Made by a program: the position numbers and the translations under genes
The notes under the pieces: model-generated
The model's database searches: none
Seen by the model: only the letters and a program-made list of their open reading frames with translations
Told to the model about the DNA's origin: nothing
IMG/VR virus record: IMGVR_UViG_3300005805_000342
Span: 1 to 28,658 of that record
DNA from: a virus
Lineage: Duplodnaviria; Caudoviricetes
DNA: 28,658 nucleotides
Reading direction: 5' to 3' (one strand)
Part shown: positions 15,263 through 24,812 of the stretch, one piece after another
Position numbering within the stretch: the stretch's first letter is position 1
Layout: each line of letters begins with the position of its first letter

Positions 15263-16282
15263 ATGGCAACATATAGATATCCAGATATAGCTCCAGTTGG
15301 TTCTGCTTCAGATGCAGGATTAGCTCAACTTGGTGCTAGTTGGAGTCCAGGTGGAGAAGGTTTAACAAGATGGGTTGACTATATAAAATTTGAATCCTAT
15401 GAGTTAGAATATAACGGATCAGCAATCTTAGATTCATTTAAAGATGGTACTTCAGCCAGTTCGAGTAATAATCAAGGAAGAAAATCAATAAAAGAAACAG
15501 TTTTTCTTTACATGCCAGCAAATATAGCGGCAAGTTATAGTGCAAATTATAACAATGTTGCTTTAGGTGTTGGTGGTGTAATGGCAGCACAAATGCTTGG
15601 TAGTAGTTCAAATACCCAAGTAGCCGAGGCATTAAAAAATGCTGCTGCTGGGGCTGCTCCAGAAGCAGGTTTCAATGCAGTTGGAGATGCTATAGGTGCA
15701 ATCAACCAAGCAATTGGAGTTGGAGGACAAGTAAGCGGTGGTGATCTTGCAGCTCTTACACAAGGTAGGATTTTTAATCCATATGAAGAGATGATATTCC
15801 AAGGTGCTAATTTTAGATCTCATCAGTTTGATTTTAAATTAGTAGCTCGTGACAAAACTGAAGCTGCAAATATAGAAAGTATTATAAAATTTTTCAAACA
15901 GACAATGTTACCAAAATACGATTCAGACATCGGTAACGCAAAGTCCAGTTCATCTGGAAGTGGAGGAGGAACAGCAGGAGAACAATTAAATTTTGCTGGA
16001 AGTGGAGAAAGAAGATACCTTAAAGTTCCTCGCAGACTAAAAGTTGAATTTGTAAGAATTAATAGATCTGGGGATGATTTATCTGGAACTGGATCTGCTA
16101 GTGCTAGTGCAATAAAATTATTCAAATTTAAAGATTGCATTATAGAAAGTTTTCAAGCAAATTATACTCCAGATGGAGGATATGTAACTACAGATGAAGG
16201 ATATGCCCCTGCTATCAATATTCAATTATCATTAAAAGAGGTTGCATTGGTAACTGCAGAAGACATCCAAGGAGGATACTAA
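15263..16282 (+). CDS. gp48: baseplate tail-tube cap, T4 gp48-like
   Basis: VFLYMP...NPYEEMIFQGANFRSHQFDFKL...IIKFFK...ANYTPDG...LSLKE; gp4-gp48-gp53 synteny. Confidence 0.85.
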   Translation: MATYRYPDIAPVGSASDAGLAQLGASWSPGGEGLTRWVDYIKFESYELEYNGSAILDSFKDGTSASSSNNQGRKSIKETVFLYMPANIAASYSANYNNVALGVGGVMAAQMLGSSSNTQVAEALKNAAAGAAPEAGFNAVGDAIGAINQAIGVGGQVSGGDLAALTQGRIFNPYEEMIFQGANFRSHQFDFKLVARDKTEAANIESIIKFFKQTMLPKYDSDIGNAKSSSSGSGGGTAGEQLNFAGSGERRYLKVPRRLKVEFVRINRSGDDLSGTGSASASAIKLFKFKDCIIESFQANYTPDGGYVTTDEGYAPAINIQLSLKEVALVTAEDIQGGY

Positions 16283-16283
16283 A

Positions 16284-16970
16284 GTGTCAAATTACTTTTC
16301 ACATTTACCCAACATCAAAGTTGGAATACCAGAAAAAAATTCATCAATCAAAAATTATATTGAAATAAAGAATCTGTTTAGAAGAGTAAAGGCAAAATCG
16401 CAAACTCTTAGAAACATGACTTATTTTGAAAAATATAGTATTCCTGGAAATGACAAACCATATAACGTAGCATATAACGTTTATAACAATCCAAAATACG
16501 AATGGATTATCTTATTGGTTAATGACATAGTTAACATTTATACAGAATGGCCTCTGTCTTCAGAAGAGTTTGAAGTAATGATCCGCGATAAGTATGGCAC
16601 CCAAGGAGAACTTCAAACACATCATTATGAAACAAGAGAAATAAAAGATCTTCAAGGAAATGTGATAGTACCAGCTGGATTAACTGTTTCTCAAGATTTT
16701 ACTAAAAAATTAAATAATGGTGTTATATTAGCTGGCGATGATATATTAGAAAATATTACTTATTATGAATATGAAACTAGATTAAATGAGTCAAAAAGAG
16801 ATATTTTCTTACCATACCCATCTGCATTATTCGCAATTGAAAATGAAATGAAAACGCTATTACAGTATAAGAGAAGTATTGATACAGAAGGAAATAAGAG
16901 CAACTTGAAAAATTCTGGTGATGATGACTTCTACTTATTCAAGTATATCACATCGGGAATTATTAATTAA
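16284..16970 (+). CDS. gp53: baseplate wedge subunit, T4 gp53-like
   Basis: YFSHLPNI...KNLFRR...WIILLVNDI...EWP...HHYET...YEYETRLNESKR; GTG start. Confidence 0.9.
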   Translation: MSNYFSHLPNIKVGIPEKNSSIKNYIEIKNLFRRVKAKSQTLRNMTYFEKYSIPGNDKPYNVAYNVYNNPKYEWIILLVNDIVNIYTEWPLSSEEFEVMIRDKYGTQGELQTHHYETREIKDLQGNVIVPAGLTVSQDFTKKLNNGVILAGDDILENITYYEYETRLNESKRDIFLPYPSALFAIENEMKTLLQYKRSIDTEGNKSNLKNSGDDDFYLFKYITSGIIN

Positions 16971-17002
16971 ATTGTAACAAAACTTAACATTCTTTTTTAC
17001 AT

Positions 17003-17040
17003 AAAAAATGGGGCGTTTTTGAAGCGCCCCATTGGTTTTT
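17003..17040. terminator. bidirectional Rho-independent terminator between convergent gp53 and gp32
   Basis: AATGGGGCGTTT-TTG-AAGCGCCCCATT stem flanked by an A-run and a T-run. Confidence 0.8.
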
Positions 17041-17057
17041 AATAGGTGATTTTGAAA

Positions 17058-18002
17058 TCAGTCCTCTTCAGCGAGGCGAGCAAAATAACTCAGGTCATCA
17101 TCTTCATCTTCACTAAAGGTAGGAAGAGAAGGAGCAGGTGCAGGAGCACTGTTCATTGAAGAACGGAATGAACTGACCTCTTCACCCCAACTAGAAGGTG
17201 CTGTAGGACGGGAAACAATCTCATCCTCTTCAGTCTCTTGATCAACACGACGAGCAGGTGCTTTGCTATTCAGCACAGTGTTAAGACGTGCTTCAAGTTC
17301 CTCAAAGGTCTTGAAGTTTTTCTCATCAGTAAACTCAGTCAGAGAATACTGCTTCTTCCACACTGCTTCCAGTTCATCATCACTCATGTTACCAAGAGTA
17401 CCAGGACGGGAGAACTCAGACTTGTCATAGTTCCAGTATCCATCAACCTTGCGGATCTTTACTTTGAAGTCTGCTCCTTGCCAGAAGTCGAAGGGGTTGA
17501 TGGGGGTTTCATCTTTGAATTCTGGTTGCATTGCTGCCATAATTTTATCAAAGATTTTCTTGCCAAACTTATAGAGGAAGACTCGTCCTTCATTCTCTGG
17601 ATGTGCTGGATCTTCCACAACATAGATGTTAGCATAATAGCTCAGTTTGCGCTTTTGTTTACGTGCGATTTCTTTATCTGCATCACTACCACTGTTCCAG
17701 AGTTGACGATTCATTTCGCCAACAGGATCCTTCTTGTTCAGAGTGGTGAGACTATTCTCAATGTACCAACCACCAGGACCTTGGAAAGCATGACTCCAAA
17801 CCTTTGCCCAAGGAATATCTTCCCCATCAGGAGCAGGCAGGAATCGAATAACTGCATAACCATTACCCGACTTATCCATCTCGGGTTTCCAGAGGCGTTC
17901 ATCACCACTAGAACCAGACTCAGGATTAGAGATCTTCTCGACCTCTTTAGTCAGTTTCTCAAAAACAGAATTGGATTGTTTCTTGAGGGTTGCAAAAGAC
18001 AT
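17058..18002 (-). CDS. gp32: single-stranded DNA-binding protein, T4 gp32
   Basis: DERLWKPEMDKSGNGYAVIRFLP...HAFQGPGGWYIENSLTT; acidic tail DDDLSYFARLAEED; start set at MSFATL (GGAG SD), not 18071. Confidence 0.96.
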   Translation of the reverse strand: MSFATLKKQSNSVFEKLTKEVEKISNPESGSSGDERLWKPEMDKSGNGYAVIRFLPAPDGEDIPWAKVWSHAFQGPGGWYIENSLTTLNKKDPVGEMNRQLWNSGSDADKEIARKQKRKLSYYANIYVVEDPAHPENEGRVFLYKFGKKIFDKIMAAMQPEFKDETPINPFDFWQGADFKVKIRKVDGYWNYDKSEFSRPGTLGNMSDDELEAVWKKQYSLTEFTDEKNFKTFEELEARLNTVLNSKAPARRVDQETEEDEIVSRPTAPSSWGEEVSSFRSSMNSAPAPAPSLPTFSEDEDDDLSYFARLAEED

Positions 18003-18071
18003 TTGTATTTCTCCGTATTTTTTGTATTTGTTTGGATTGGTGGGGCGTGACCCCCTCACCCGAACCATCAT

Positions 18072-18100
18072 ATCATACCCTATTTAGGCATCCCTGTCAA
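18072..18100 (-). promoter_or_regulatory. sigma70 promoter for gp32 with an embedded late-like CTAAATA
   Basis: TTGACA (18100-18095), 17 nt spacer containing CTAAATA, TATGAT (18077-18072). Confidence 0.75.
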
Positions 18101-18416
18101 GGGAGGCCAGCACGTTGTCTAAGTACTGGTTCATGGAGTCAAGGGACTCTGACAAAGTGTTGTACCCAAACATATTAGTGATCAGATCGATCCGATGCTT
18201 CATATCAGCAGCATCTTCATCTTCCATGGAAGACAGTTGTAGTCTAGTATAAAATAATTTTTGTTTTTCAATAAGTTGTTTTGTCTTATTGATGTGTTTA
18301 ATTGCTTTATCTTTTGGCATATCGCCAATTGCTTCTGCTGCTTTTTGCAGATCTAAGTATGTGTCGTAAATTGACTGTAGTTGTTCCTGAACGATTTCAG
18401 AATTAAAAAAGCTCAT
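18084..18416 (-). CDS. DUF1825-like conserved cyanophage/cyanobacterial protein
   Basis: MSFFNSEIVQE...IEKQKLFYTRLQLS..DEDA. Confidence 0.75.
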   Translation of the reverse strand: MSFFNSEIVQEQLQSIYDTYLDLQKAAEAIGDMPKDKAIKHINKTKQLIEKQKLFYTRLQLSSMEDEDAADMKHRIDLITNMFGYNTLSESLDSMNQYLDNVLASLDRDA

Positions 18417-19024
18417 ACCTTTTCTCTAACCGTTTTTAATATGATTGTCTTGTATTTCTTACAATCAATCTGTAGAAAGGGAGCATACTTTATTACTTGA
18501 GTTCTAACTTGTTTCCAAACGGGATCTGTTAACGTTTGATCAAATCTCTTAACATATCCCAAACAATTTTCAAAAATAATTAAGGTCTCTACACTTATCT
18601 CTTTCCTCAAATAGGACGTAAGAAGAATTGGATGACGACCCTTTGAACAAGTGAATAGACTGTCAAAGTTATCCTCATACGGAGAATCAATATTGTCTAA
18701 TAGACTACATATTTCCTCCTTAAAAATATATAGGAAACTCTCTCGTTTCTTTTTCCATTCTGTATAAGTCGTCTCTCCAGAAGGACGTATGATGTCCTTA
18801 ATATATCCCTTGTTATCACTTACAAAGTTAGACACGAAATACTCTTGTATTCTATCACGTTCGTACTTAGATGCAAGCTTCTTAAAGAAATAGGCGTCAT
18901 TCCTTTTATCGAATGACGCCTGACTTGCTCTAGTTTTTCCATTGAATCTAAAGTAATCGTAGTCATCTTTAGTGAAGTGAAGTTTAAGAGATAGATACAT
19001 CTGATAAACTTCAAATCCAGTCAT
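18413..19024 (-). CDS. gp59: helicase loader, T4 gp59-like
   Basis: FEVYQMYLSLKLHFT..YDYFRFNGK...FDKRND.YFFKKL...HPILL..YL...IS.ET. Confidence 0.9.
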   Translation of the reverse strand: MTGFEVYQMYLSLKLHFTKDDYDYFRFNGKTRASQASFDKRNDAYFFKKLASKYERDRIQEYFVSNFVSDNKGYIKDIIRPSGETTYTEWKKKRESFLYIFKEEICSLLDNIDSPYEDNFDSLFTCSKGRHPILLTSYLRKEISVETLIIFENCLGYVKRFDQTLTDPVWKQVRTQVIKYAPFLQIDCKKYKTIILKTVREKV

Positions 19025-19275
19025 AATGGTAAGATTCCTCTAGAGGTTTTCTTCATGTAATTTAAATTTTGTGCTTGATATTTCAATTTCTCTTTAAGTG
19101 GTTTTGAAATAAGTTTTGATACTGTTTCTATTTCAATATCATTATCTTCGCAATAAGTAACGACTGCTTCAATATAATTTACTAACCCATTAGAGTCTTT
19201 AACAATTCTCTCAATATTTTCAGAGAATTTTAAAGGAGTTAGAAATTTATCCTTTTTAATGTCGTTACTGTCCAC
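19021..19275 (-). CDS. gp33: late transcription co-activator, T4 gp33
   Basis: FSENIERIV...YIEAVV.YC...IE.ETV.KLISKPLKEKLK..A..LNYMK; GTG start at 19275 with AGAGG SD chosen. Confidence 0.9.
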   Translation of the reverse strand: MDSNDIKKDKFLTPLKFSENIERIVKDSNGLVNYIEAVVTYCEDNDIEIETVSKLISKPLKEKLKYQAQNLNYMKKTSRGILPL

Positions 19276-19939
19276 TCGCGCTACCTCTAGTAAAAGCATC
19301 AATATACTCCTTTAATAATGTAAAATAATAATCTAGATTTGTTTTTTCAATCACTTGACAGTGACCTTCTTCTGTTGCGATGATGATCACGATCTTTTTT
19401 GGTTGGATGCCAGTCAGTTCGTAAAACATAACTGCATAAGCAGTTGCTTGTACGAAGTAATTTTCAATCCATTCTTCTTTTTTATCTTTATCAGATGTCT
19501 TGAAATCGATTACTGCTAAGTCTCCATCAAACTCAGCAATACAATCAACACGACCAGCGACGCCAAGATAATCGGAATATAAAGCCCCTTCAAGCAAATG
19601 AATATTATTAATGCGATTAATAACAGGTTTCGCAACTTGAAAAAGTGTGAAAGGCAGAGGATTAAAAGTATCAGAAGTAATATTCCCATTTTTTAAATAC
19701 TGTTCAACAATACTATGAAACTCTGTTCCTCTTCCAGTTGCTCTTGCCGTCTTCCTGTTAGCAACTTCTTCGCCAACTCTTTGTCTCCACTCCTTAAAGA
19801 ATGCTGCCTTCTTGAATGAAGTAACAGTAGTGATAGAAGGATAGAACTTTCCAGATGGTACAGGATAAAATCTTTGCCCATCTCTATCTATGGACTCAAT
19901 ATCAGAAAGTTCTACAGGAAGATCAACAAAATTAAACAT
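19265..19939 (-). CDS. PD-(D/E)XK (Cas4/RecB-like) exonuclease
   Basis: YPSITTV...GRGTEFH...AGRVDCIAEFDG.LAVIDFKTS...YFVQATAYA. Confidence 0.85.
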   Translation of the reverse strand: MFNFVDLPVELSDIESIDRDGQRFYPVPSGKFYPSITTVTSFKKAAFFKEWRQRVGEEVANRKTARATGRGTEFHSIVEQYLKNGNITSDTFNPLPFTLFQVAKPVINRINNIHLLEGALYSDYLGVAGRVDCIAEFDGDLAVIDFKTSDKDKKEEWIENYFVQATAYAVMFYELTGIQPKKIVIIIATEEGHCQVIEKTNLDYYFTLLKEYIDAFTRGSASGQ

Positions 19940-20694
19940 CAGAAACCTAAATTCAATTTACTAATAATGTAGCTGCGTACAAGTCCAGAACGAACAATGT
20001 CATCAACACCAAACTCAATACAACAGAACTCTTCCATTGTCTCAAGAATTTTCATAAAGTCAAGAACACCGTTCTTTTCATTTTGTTTCACAAGGTCGGA
20101 TTGTGAAACATCACCAGAGAAAACAATTTTCGCATCTTGTCCAACACGAGTGATCATGGAATCAAGTTCATGGAAGTTTAGATTTGCAAATTCATCTACG
20201 ATGATGATGCAGTTATCAAGGGTAACACCACGAATGTATGAGGTTGACCAGAATGAAATAGTTTCCTGAGTTCTCAGGTTATTATACAGCATCTCGAATG
20301 CATTGTCATCTGGCATCTCAAACATAAACTTTACCATATTCTTATAGGGAATCTGATAAAGTGCAGACTTGTCTTCATGATCTCCAGGGAGGAATCCAAT
20401 CTCTCTGGTTGGAACTAGGGAACGTACAATGTAAATTTTATCGTAAGGAGTATTAGGATTTAATACTTCTCTAAGTGCAAGATAAAGACTGATAAATGTT
20501 TTACCCGTACCAGCACAACCATGTAGAACTAAATGTTTGTCTTCTGCCCAACAGTCAAACACAGCTTTCTGTGAATCTGTTAGTGGTTCAATGTTGAGAA
20601 GATGCTCATTGTTAATGGGCTTCTTTCTTCTCATTTGCTTTGCACTCATCCCTGCAGGTACTACTGCATTGTTGTTCCGTTTTTTTACTGGCAT
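19939..20694 (-). CDS. phoH: PhoH-family ATPase
   Basis: Walker A GCAGTGKT, IGFLPG, RGVTL, IIVDE, ITRVG, GD..QSDL, DIVRSGLV. Confidence 0.95.
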   Translation of the reverse strand: MPVKKRNNNAVVPAGMSAKQMRRKKPINNEHLLNIEPLTDSQKAVFDCWAEDKHLVLHGCAGTGKTFISLYLALREVLNPNTPYDKIYIVRSLVPTREIGFLPGDHEDKSALYQIPYKNMVKFMFEMPDDNAFEMLYNNLRTQETISFWSTSYIRGVTLDNCIIIVDEFANLNFHELDSMITRVGQDAKIVFSGDVSQSDLVKQNEKNGVLDFMKILETMEEFCCIEFGVDDIVRSGLVRSYIISKLNLGF

Positions 20695-20695
20695 A

Positions 20696-20926
20696 CTAGG
20701 TGAAACGAGAAAGGTTTGCTCTTGGGTGTGATGCCTGAACTCTAGACATTACTTCTTTAAAACCATCAGACTGTTTAGGGAGACCATAGGTAACTCCACC
20801 GATACCTGCAGACCAATCTTTTTCCCAGTCAGGATTGTCTTTCCTCCACTGATCATAATCGGCCATAGACATATAGAGTTCTTTAGTCTCTCCAGTCTTA
20901 TTGTTTTTGACGGGATATGTTGGCAA
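20696..20926 (-). CDS. conserved small T4-like phage protein (FmdB-like N-terminus)
   Basis: MPTYPVKN..TGE; TTG start with strong GAGGAGG SD; typical position upstream of phoH. Confidence 0.75.
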   Translation of the reverse strand: MPTYPVKNNKTGETKELYMSMADYDQWRKDNPDWEKDWSAGIGGVTYGLPKQSDGFKEVMSRVQASHPRANLSRFT

Positions 20927-20939
20927 GATACACCTCCTC

Positions 20940-21086
20940 TTATTTAGTGTTATGAACTTCAGACAATTCAGAGAATTCTTTTTTCAATTCTTTACGAATC
21001 TTTTGATAAAAATCTAGAATGTCATGATTATTATTGTAGACAAGACCGCAATCTTTAGCGATTTGAATTACTTCTTGATTATTCAT
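20940..21086 (-). CDS. hypothetical protein (48 aa)
   Basis: MNNQEVIQIAKDCG...; ATG 1 nt after the thyX stop fills the gap. Confidence 0.55.
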   Translation of the reverse strand: MNNQEVIQIAKDCGLVYNNNHDILDFYQKIRKELKKEFSELSEVHNTK

Positions 21087-21087
21087 T

Positions 21088-21774
21088 TTAATCGATCCTA
21101 ATACAAGGGGGTACATCTTCACATTCGCAATCACCACTACACCAACCAAGTGCCTCAGCAACACTAGGGAATTGGCAAATAAACACTTTCTTTGCTGCAT
21201 TAGCAATATCCATGTGCTCTTTTTGAGTGCCGTTAGCAGAACGAAGATTAATATAATGAATCCATGAACGACACGAGCCAGTCATGTAAATTCTGGTTGG
21301 GACTGCCAAGGGAAGCACGAAACGTGCTGATTCCTTTGCCACACCTGCAGCAAGCATATCATCATACAGATCCATAATGTCTGCAAACAAATGCTTGGTA
21401 CGACGTTCAAAACTTCTCTTGAGTTCAGGATCAAGATCATCAGTAGAGTTTTGACGATTCTTGGTGTCCTGCTTGCGAAGTTCGGGAACAGGAATCTCTT
21501 CAGTCAGGAGAGTTGCATCAGCATATCTTTGTGAAAATTCTTGATATGTGAAAGATCTATGACGAAGAATTTGAGCTGCGATACCACGATTGGTTTCAAT
21601 CTCAAGAGTCATAGTAGACTGTTCAAAAACAGACCAATGATTATGATCAATGCAATACTTTAGAAGTTTGGCATAGTTGGGGTTTTCCTGGTTTGCAGGG
21701 TTACTTACCCGTGCGATATATGCCATTGTCTTTTCTGCATCAGGAGTTACAGAAACTAAACAAACTTTAGCCAT
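21088..21774 (-). CDS. thyX: FAD-dependent thymidylate synthase
   Basis: HWSVFEQ, ThyX motif RHRSFTYQEFSQRY, AKESARFVLP, TQKEH. Confidence 0.96.
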   Translation of the reverse strand: MAKVCLVSVTPDAEKTMAYIARVSNPANQENPNYAKLLKYCIDHNHWSVFEQSTMTLEIETNRGIAAQILRHRSFTYQEFSQRYADATLLTEEIPVPELRKQDTKNRQNSTDDLDPELKRSFERRTKHLFADIMDLYDDMLAAGVAKESARFVLPLAVPTRIYMTGSCRSWIHYINLRSANGTQKEHMDIANAAKKVFICQFPSVAEALGWCSGDCECEDVPPCIRID

Positions 21775-22042
21775 TAGATCTTTTACCTCTCAAAATTCTT
21801 GCAACGATTACAACCCCGAGGGATTCAACATAACCTATCTTATCAAGACTGAACATTTTTGTCAAGGAAACGTTAAAAGCAAACATGAATAGCAGTGGAA
21901 GAATTACTGTATAAGTAAACAATCCATTAATGACTGCCATTAATTTTTCAACATTTTCTTGCTTTTCCTGTTCTTCAATTTGTTTTTGAAGATCTTCCTC
22001 TTCTTCTTTAGCAGGACCCCTAGGATCCAAATAAACTGTCAT
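21767..22042 (-). CDS. hypothetical membrane protein
   Basis: Acidic N-terminus plus two hydrophobic segments; start uncertain (22042 or 22054). Confidence 0.65.
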   Translation of the reverse strand: MTVYLDPRGPAKEEEEDLQKQIEEQEKQENVEKLMAVINGLFTYTVILPLLFMFAFNVSLTKMFSLDKIGYVESLGVVIVARILRGKRSNG

Positions 22043-22043
22043 C

Positions 22044-22460
22044 TTATTCGTCATTTTTCTTACAATCAGCACTCCAAGGAGAACATAGTCTCATCTCTCC
22101 ACCTAGAGATTGACACTCTTTAGTATAACATACTGTTGGATCAATGGCACTATCTATGAACCTAGGTTTATCAACTCCAGACTCTTTCAATCCAGATTTT
22201 TTGATGTAATCATCAATAGCATTATCAACATCACGTTTATATCTACGTTCTAGTTTGTCAGGATCTTTAAGTATAAGTTCATTAAGTATACTTTGTGGAA
22301 AATATTTTCTTTGAATTTCGTCCAATAAATCCCAAAGTCCATGCTCAGATACTCCAGTACACTGTGATAATGTTGCGATGATTGTAGAAACAACTACACC
22401 AACGATGATTAGTTGTTTCTTATCTGGTTTCTTTTTACCGAAGTTGAAATTAAAGTTCAT
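22044..22460 (-). CDS. hypothetical protein with N-terminal membrane anchor
   Basis: KKK-rich start, hydrophobic helix ending LSQC; C-terminal Cys cluster CYTKEC...C..W..DC. Confidence 0.7.
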   Translation of the reverse strand: MNFNFNFGKKKPDKKQLIIVGVVVSTIIATLSQCTGVSEHGLWDLLDEIQRKYFPQSILNELILKDPDKLERRYKRDVDNAIDDYIKKSGLKESGVDKPRFIDSAIDPTVCYTKECQSLGGEMRLCSPWSADCKKNDE

Positions 22461-22708
22461 TTCTTTTTCTTTTCCTTTTTAGGTGGATCCCACAATTTAG
22501 GATTGGTCCTACCTTCAGACTGTTTAAAGGTAATAAAATCATCACGATACCTATCCCAGTAATAATCAAAGATATCAACTTTTTTATCTGTAATCACAAG
22601 ATCATAACAAATAGAACCGTCCATTTTATATGTAACTAGGTAGCAGTTATAAGGTAAAGAACGATCTTCTGCTAGAGAAGGATCACAATCTTTATGGATA
22701 ATCTTCAT
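22457..22708 (-). CDS. conserved hypothetical cyanophage protein
   Basis: MKIIHKDCDP...LPYNCYLVTY...IFDYYWD...GRTNPKLW; TGATG coupling. Confidence 0.75.
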   Translation of the reverse strand: MKIIHKDCDPSLAEDRSLPYNCYLVTYKMDGSICYDLVITDKKVDIFDYYWDRYRDDFITFKQSEGRTNPKLWDPPKKEKKKK

Positions 22709-23160
22709 CAGGAACGACCTCCCCATTTAATTTGGGGAAAGGCTTCTTGTACTACTGCTTTTGTTATTCGATATTTATCTTGAAGTTTTTTATCCTTCAC
22801 CAGAACAAGTAACTCTGCTTCAGAAGAATGAAGTCCTTCAAGCATTTGGATAAACATTTGTTCACGCTTAAATTGTTTCAGAGTAGCATCTCCACCCTTA
22901 ATGAAGTAATACAGTTTACGTGCTTCTTTCTCAAGAACGGTATGTTCTGTTCCTGCAGGTGCTTCATTAGGACGGTAAGGAACTTCACCTTCAGGAATCA
23001 AAGAAACTACACTCTCATCGTAGTTCCAAATCAAAATAGAACGAAGTGCTTGTGTATTATTTTCCTGAAGGAGTTTGATTTTTTCTGCTTTAGTTTTTGC
23101 GTTTGATACCTTCTGAAGAACTTCAGAAATCAGAAGGCGATTGCTTGTAGTCATTGACAT
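22708..23160 (-). CDS. conserved hypothetical T4-like phage protein
   Basis: LISEVLQKVS...PEGEVPY...KREQMFIQMLEGLH..EA; usual neighbour of RNase H. Confidence 0.8.
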   Translation of the reverse strand: MSMTTSNRLLISEVLQKVSNAKTKAEKIKLLQENNTQALRSILIWNYDESVVSLIPEGEVPYRPNEAPAGTEHTVLEKEARKLYYFIKGGDATLKQFKREQMFIQMLEGLHSSEAELLVLVKDKKLQDKYRITKAVVQEAFPQIKWGGRS

Positions 23161-23161
23161 T

Positions 23162-24040
23162 TCAAAACTCCTCAATTTTTTCAAGTAAAGTAATAAGTTG
23201 GTTGCTCACAAAATAAGTATACATTTTGTTTCGTGGAGCTGGGGTCACTGAATCATATGATTCGATAATTTTTTCTTCAACCTCTACAGGTATATATGAG
23301 AAATCAATCAGGGTCAAATTTCTCTTATAATATTGCATCTGTTCTTCATTGCAAAACTGATCTGGGGATAGATTTACAATCTTATCCAAGGTCTTTTTAA
23401 TTAGTGGTCTCTGCCTCTTACCTTCAACAAAGGTATCGTCTGGGGAAAGGTAGTTTGGGATACCATCTGACTTATCACCTTTTAGTACATGCTCAATGAT
23501 ATATTGCTTTGGATTCATTCCAGAAACAAACTTTTTCATCACAGGATTATACTGCTTAAGCCAAGGATACTTCTGCAGTTGAATAAAATCTTTATCCCCA
23601 GAAAGAATAAGAACCTTCTCAACAGGTTGCATATCTTTCTGTAGACGAATATTCTTAACTGCAACTTGCTTGGTCATCACAGAAATAATATCATCTGCCT
23701 CAGCACCATCTACTTCCATAACTGTGTATGGCATATGTAAACGAATCTCGTCTCGGATTTCATTTAAAACTTCAAAGATCTGACTCCAATTAAAGTTGGA
23801 CTTTTCTCGATCTTTCTTGCGTGTTCCTTTATAGTAAGGAAAGAACTCTCGTCGCCAGTAACGCTTAGAGTCATAACAAAGGACTAGTTCACGCCCGTAC
23901 TCTTCACAAAACTTCTGGACATACATCCGAAGTGAGTTGAGTACCATGTGGCGAACTAGTCCTTTATCGATTCCTTCTGAGATTTTGGTTTGAACCATGA
24001 GATTGGAAATCATCACTTGGTTCATGTCGATAAGGATCAT
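23162..24040 (-). CDS. rnh: T4-type RNase H (5'-3' exonuclease / flap endonuclease family)
   Basis: MILIDMNQ...WRR..FPYYK..RK...EADD...ILSGDKDFIQL...GDKSDGIPN. Confidence 0.93.
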   Translation of the reverse strand: MILIDMNQVMISNLMVQTKISEGIDKGLVRHMVLNSLRMYVQKFCEEYGRELVLCYDSKRYWRREFFPYYKGTRKKDREKSNFNWSQIFEVLNEIRDEIRLHMPYTVMEVDGAEADDIISVMTKQVAVKNIRLQKDMQPVEKVLILSGDKDFIQLQKYPWLKQYNPVMKKFVSGMNPKQYIIEHVLKGDKSDGIPNYLSPDDTFVEGKRQRPLIKKTLDKIVNLSPDQFCNEEQMQYYKRNLTLIDFSYIPVEVEEKIIESYDSVTPAPRNKMYTYFVSNQLITLLEKIEEF

Positions 24041-24048
24041 GTTAGATT

Positions 24049-24288
24049 TTAATCATCTTCATCCTCTAGTATATCATCCTCATCGAGCAGTGTCAAGTAA
24101 GTCAGTTCATCTCGTAAGATCTCTCCATCTTCATCATACATCTCTGGGTGAAGTATGTGTTTTGCATATCCAGCCTTATCATACCAGGCATCAAATAGGT
24201 TGTTTGCAAACCAACCTCCCATAAAACCAACTATAAACGTTCCTATTGTTAGGAAAAATGAAATGTAAATAAACTCTAAATTGCCCAT
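24049..24288 (-). CDS. hypothetical membrane protein
   Basis: N-terminal TM helix, HPEMYDEDG motif, acidic tail; AGGAGAGG SD. Confidence 0.7.
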   Translation of the reverse strand: MGNLEFIYISFFLTIGTFIVGFMGGWFANNLFDAWYDKAGYAKHILHPEMYDEDGEILRDELTYLTLLDEDDILEDEDD

Positions 24289-24357
24289 GGGTCCTCTCCT
24301 AGATACAACAAATTATAAAGGGCCCAACCTCCTAAGTTCTAAACTTGTAAGTATTTA

Positions 24358-24612
24358 TTACACCCAACCCATTGCTCTAAAGTATTGAACAGATTCAGTA
24401 CATCCACCCAACTTTAGGTCATCACAAATTACCTGAGGGAATGTTGTACCTTCTCCAAACTCAGAATAAAATTGTTCTTTGGTGAAGTGCTCACCTAAAA
24501 TATATTCAGAATAGTTTGCTCCTTTACCAGTAAGAACGGTTTTGATTTTGTCGCAATATGGACATCCTTTCTTCGTATAGACTGCAAATTTTTTTTGATT
24601 AATTTTTGACAT
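24358..24612 (-). CDS. nrdC: glutaredoxin (NrdC-like)
   Basis: CPYC active site, TFPQV and LGGC motifs; GGAGG SD before MSKIN. Confidence 0.92.
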   Translation of the reverse strand: MSKINQKKFAVYTKKGCPYCDKIKTVLTGKGANYSEYILGEHFTKEQFYSEFGEGTTFPQVICDDLKLGGCTESVQYFRAMGWV

Positions 24613-24793
24613 TGGTTCCTCCAAATAAATTTTTAAATTTCTCAGTATCTTTTTTAATTTGAGTCAATGCTTTTACTTTTACATTTTCGTCTTTAACCCA
24701 AGTATCGTAATGATCTACAACTACTTGGATTACACTATTAAAAGTTTCCTGATGTAATTTGTTTAGTTCGGAAAAATCAAATTTAGAATTCAT
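24599..24793 (-). CDS. hypothetical protein
   Basis: 64 aa ORF filling the gap between tRNA-Pro and glutaredoxin. Confidence 0.55.
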   Translation of the reverse strand: MNSKFDFSELNKLHQETFNSVIQVVVDHYDTWVKDENVKVKALTQIKKDTEKFKNLFGGTNVKN

Positions 24794-24812
24794 TTTATTT
24801 TTTTATTTAGAA

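Noticed and set aside
17238-18050. 270-aa plus-strand ORF antisense to gp32
   Set aside because: Shadow ORF explained by gp32 codon bias; no motifs, SD or promoter.
18003-18071. 23-aa N-terminal extension of gp32 in the ORF track
   Set aside because: It spans the predicted transcription start and leader; a good SD precedes the ATG at 18002.
19265-19939. Cas4-like nuclease as evidence of a CRISPR system
   Set aside because: No repeat-spacer array or other cas genes in the window; this exonuclease normally sits between phoH and gp33 in T4-like cyanophages.
21087-21206. Upstream extension of the 88-aa ORF overlapping thyX
   Set aside because: Overlaps the thyX 3' end by about 120 nt; the ATG at 21086 right after the thyX stop is more plausible.
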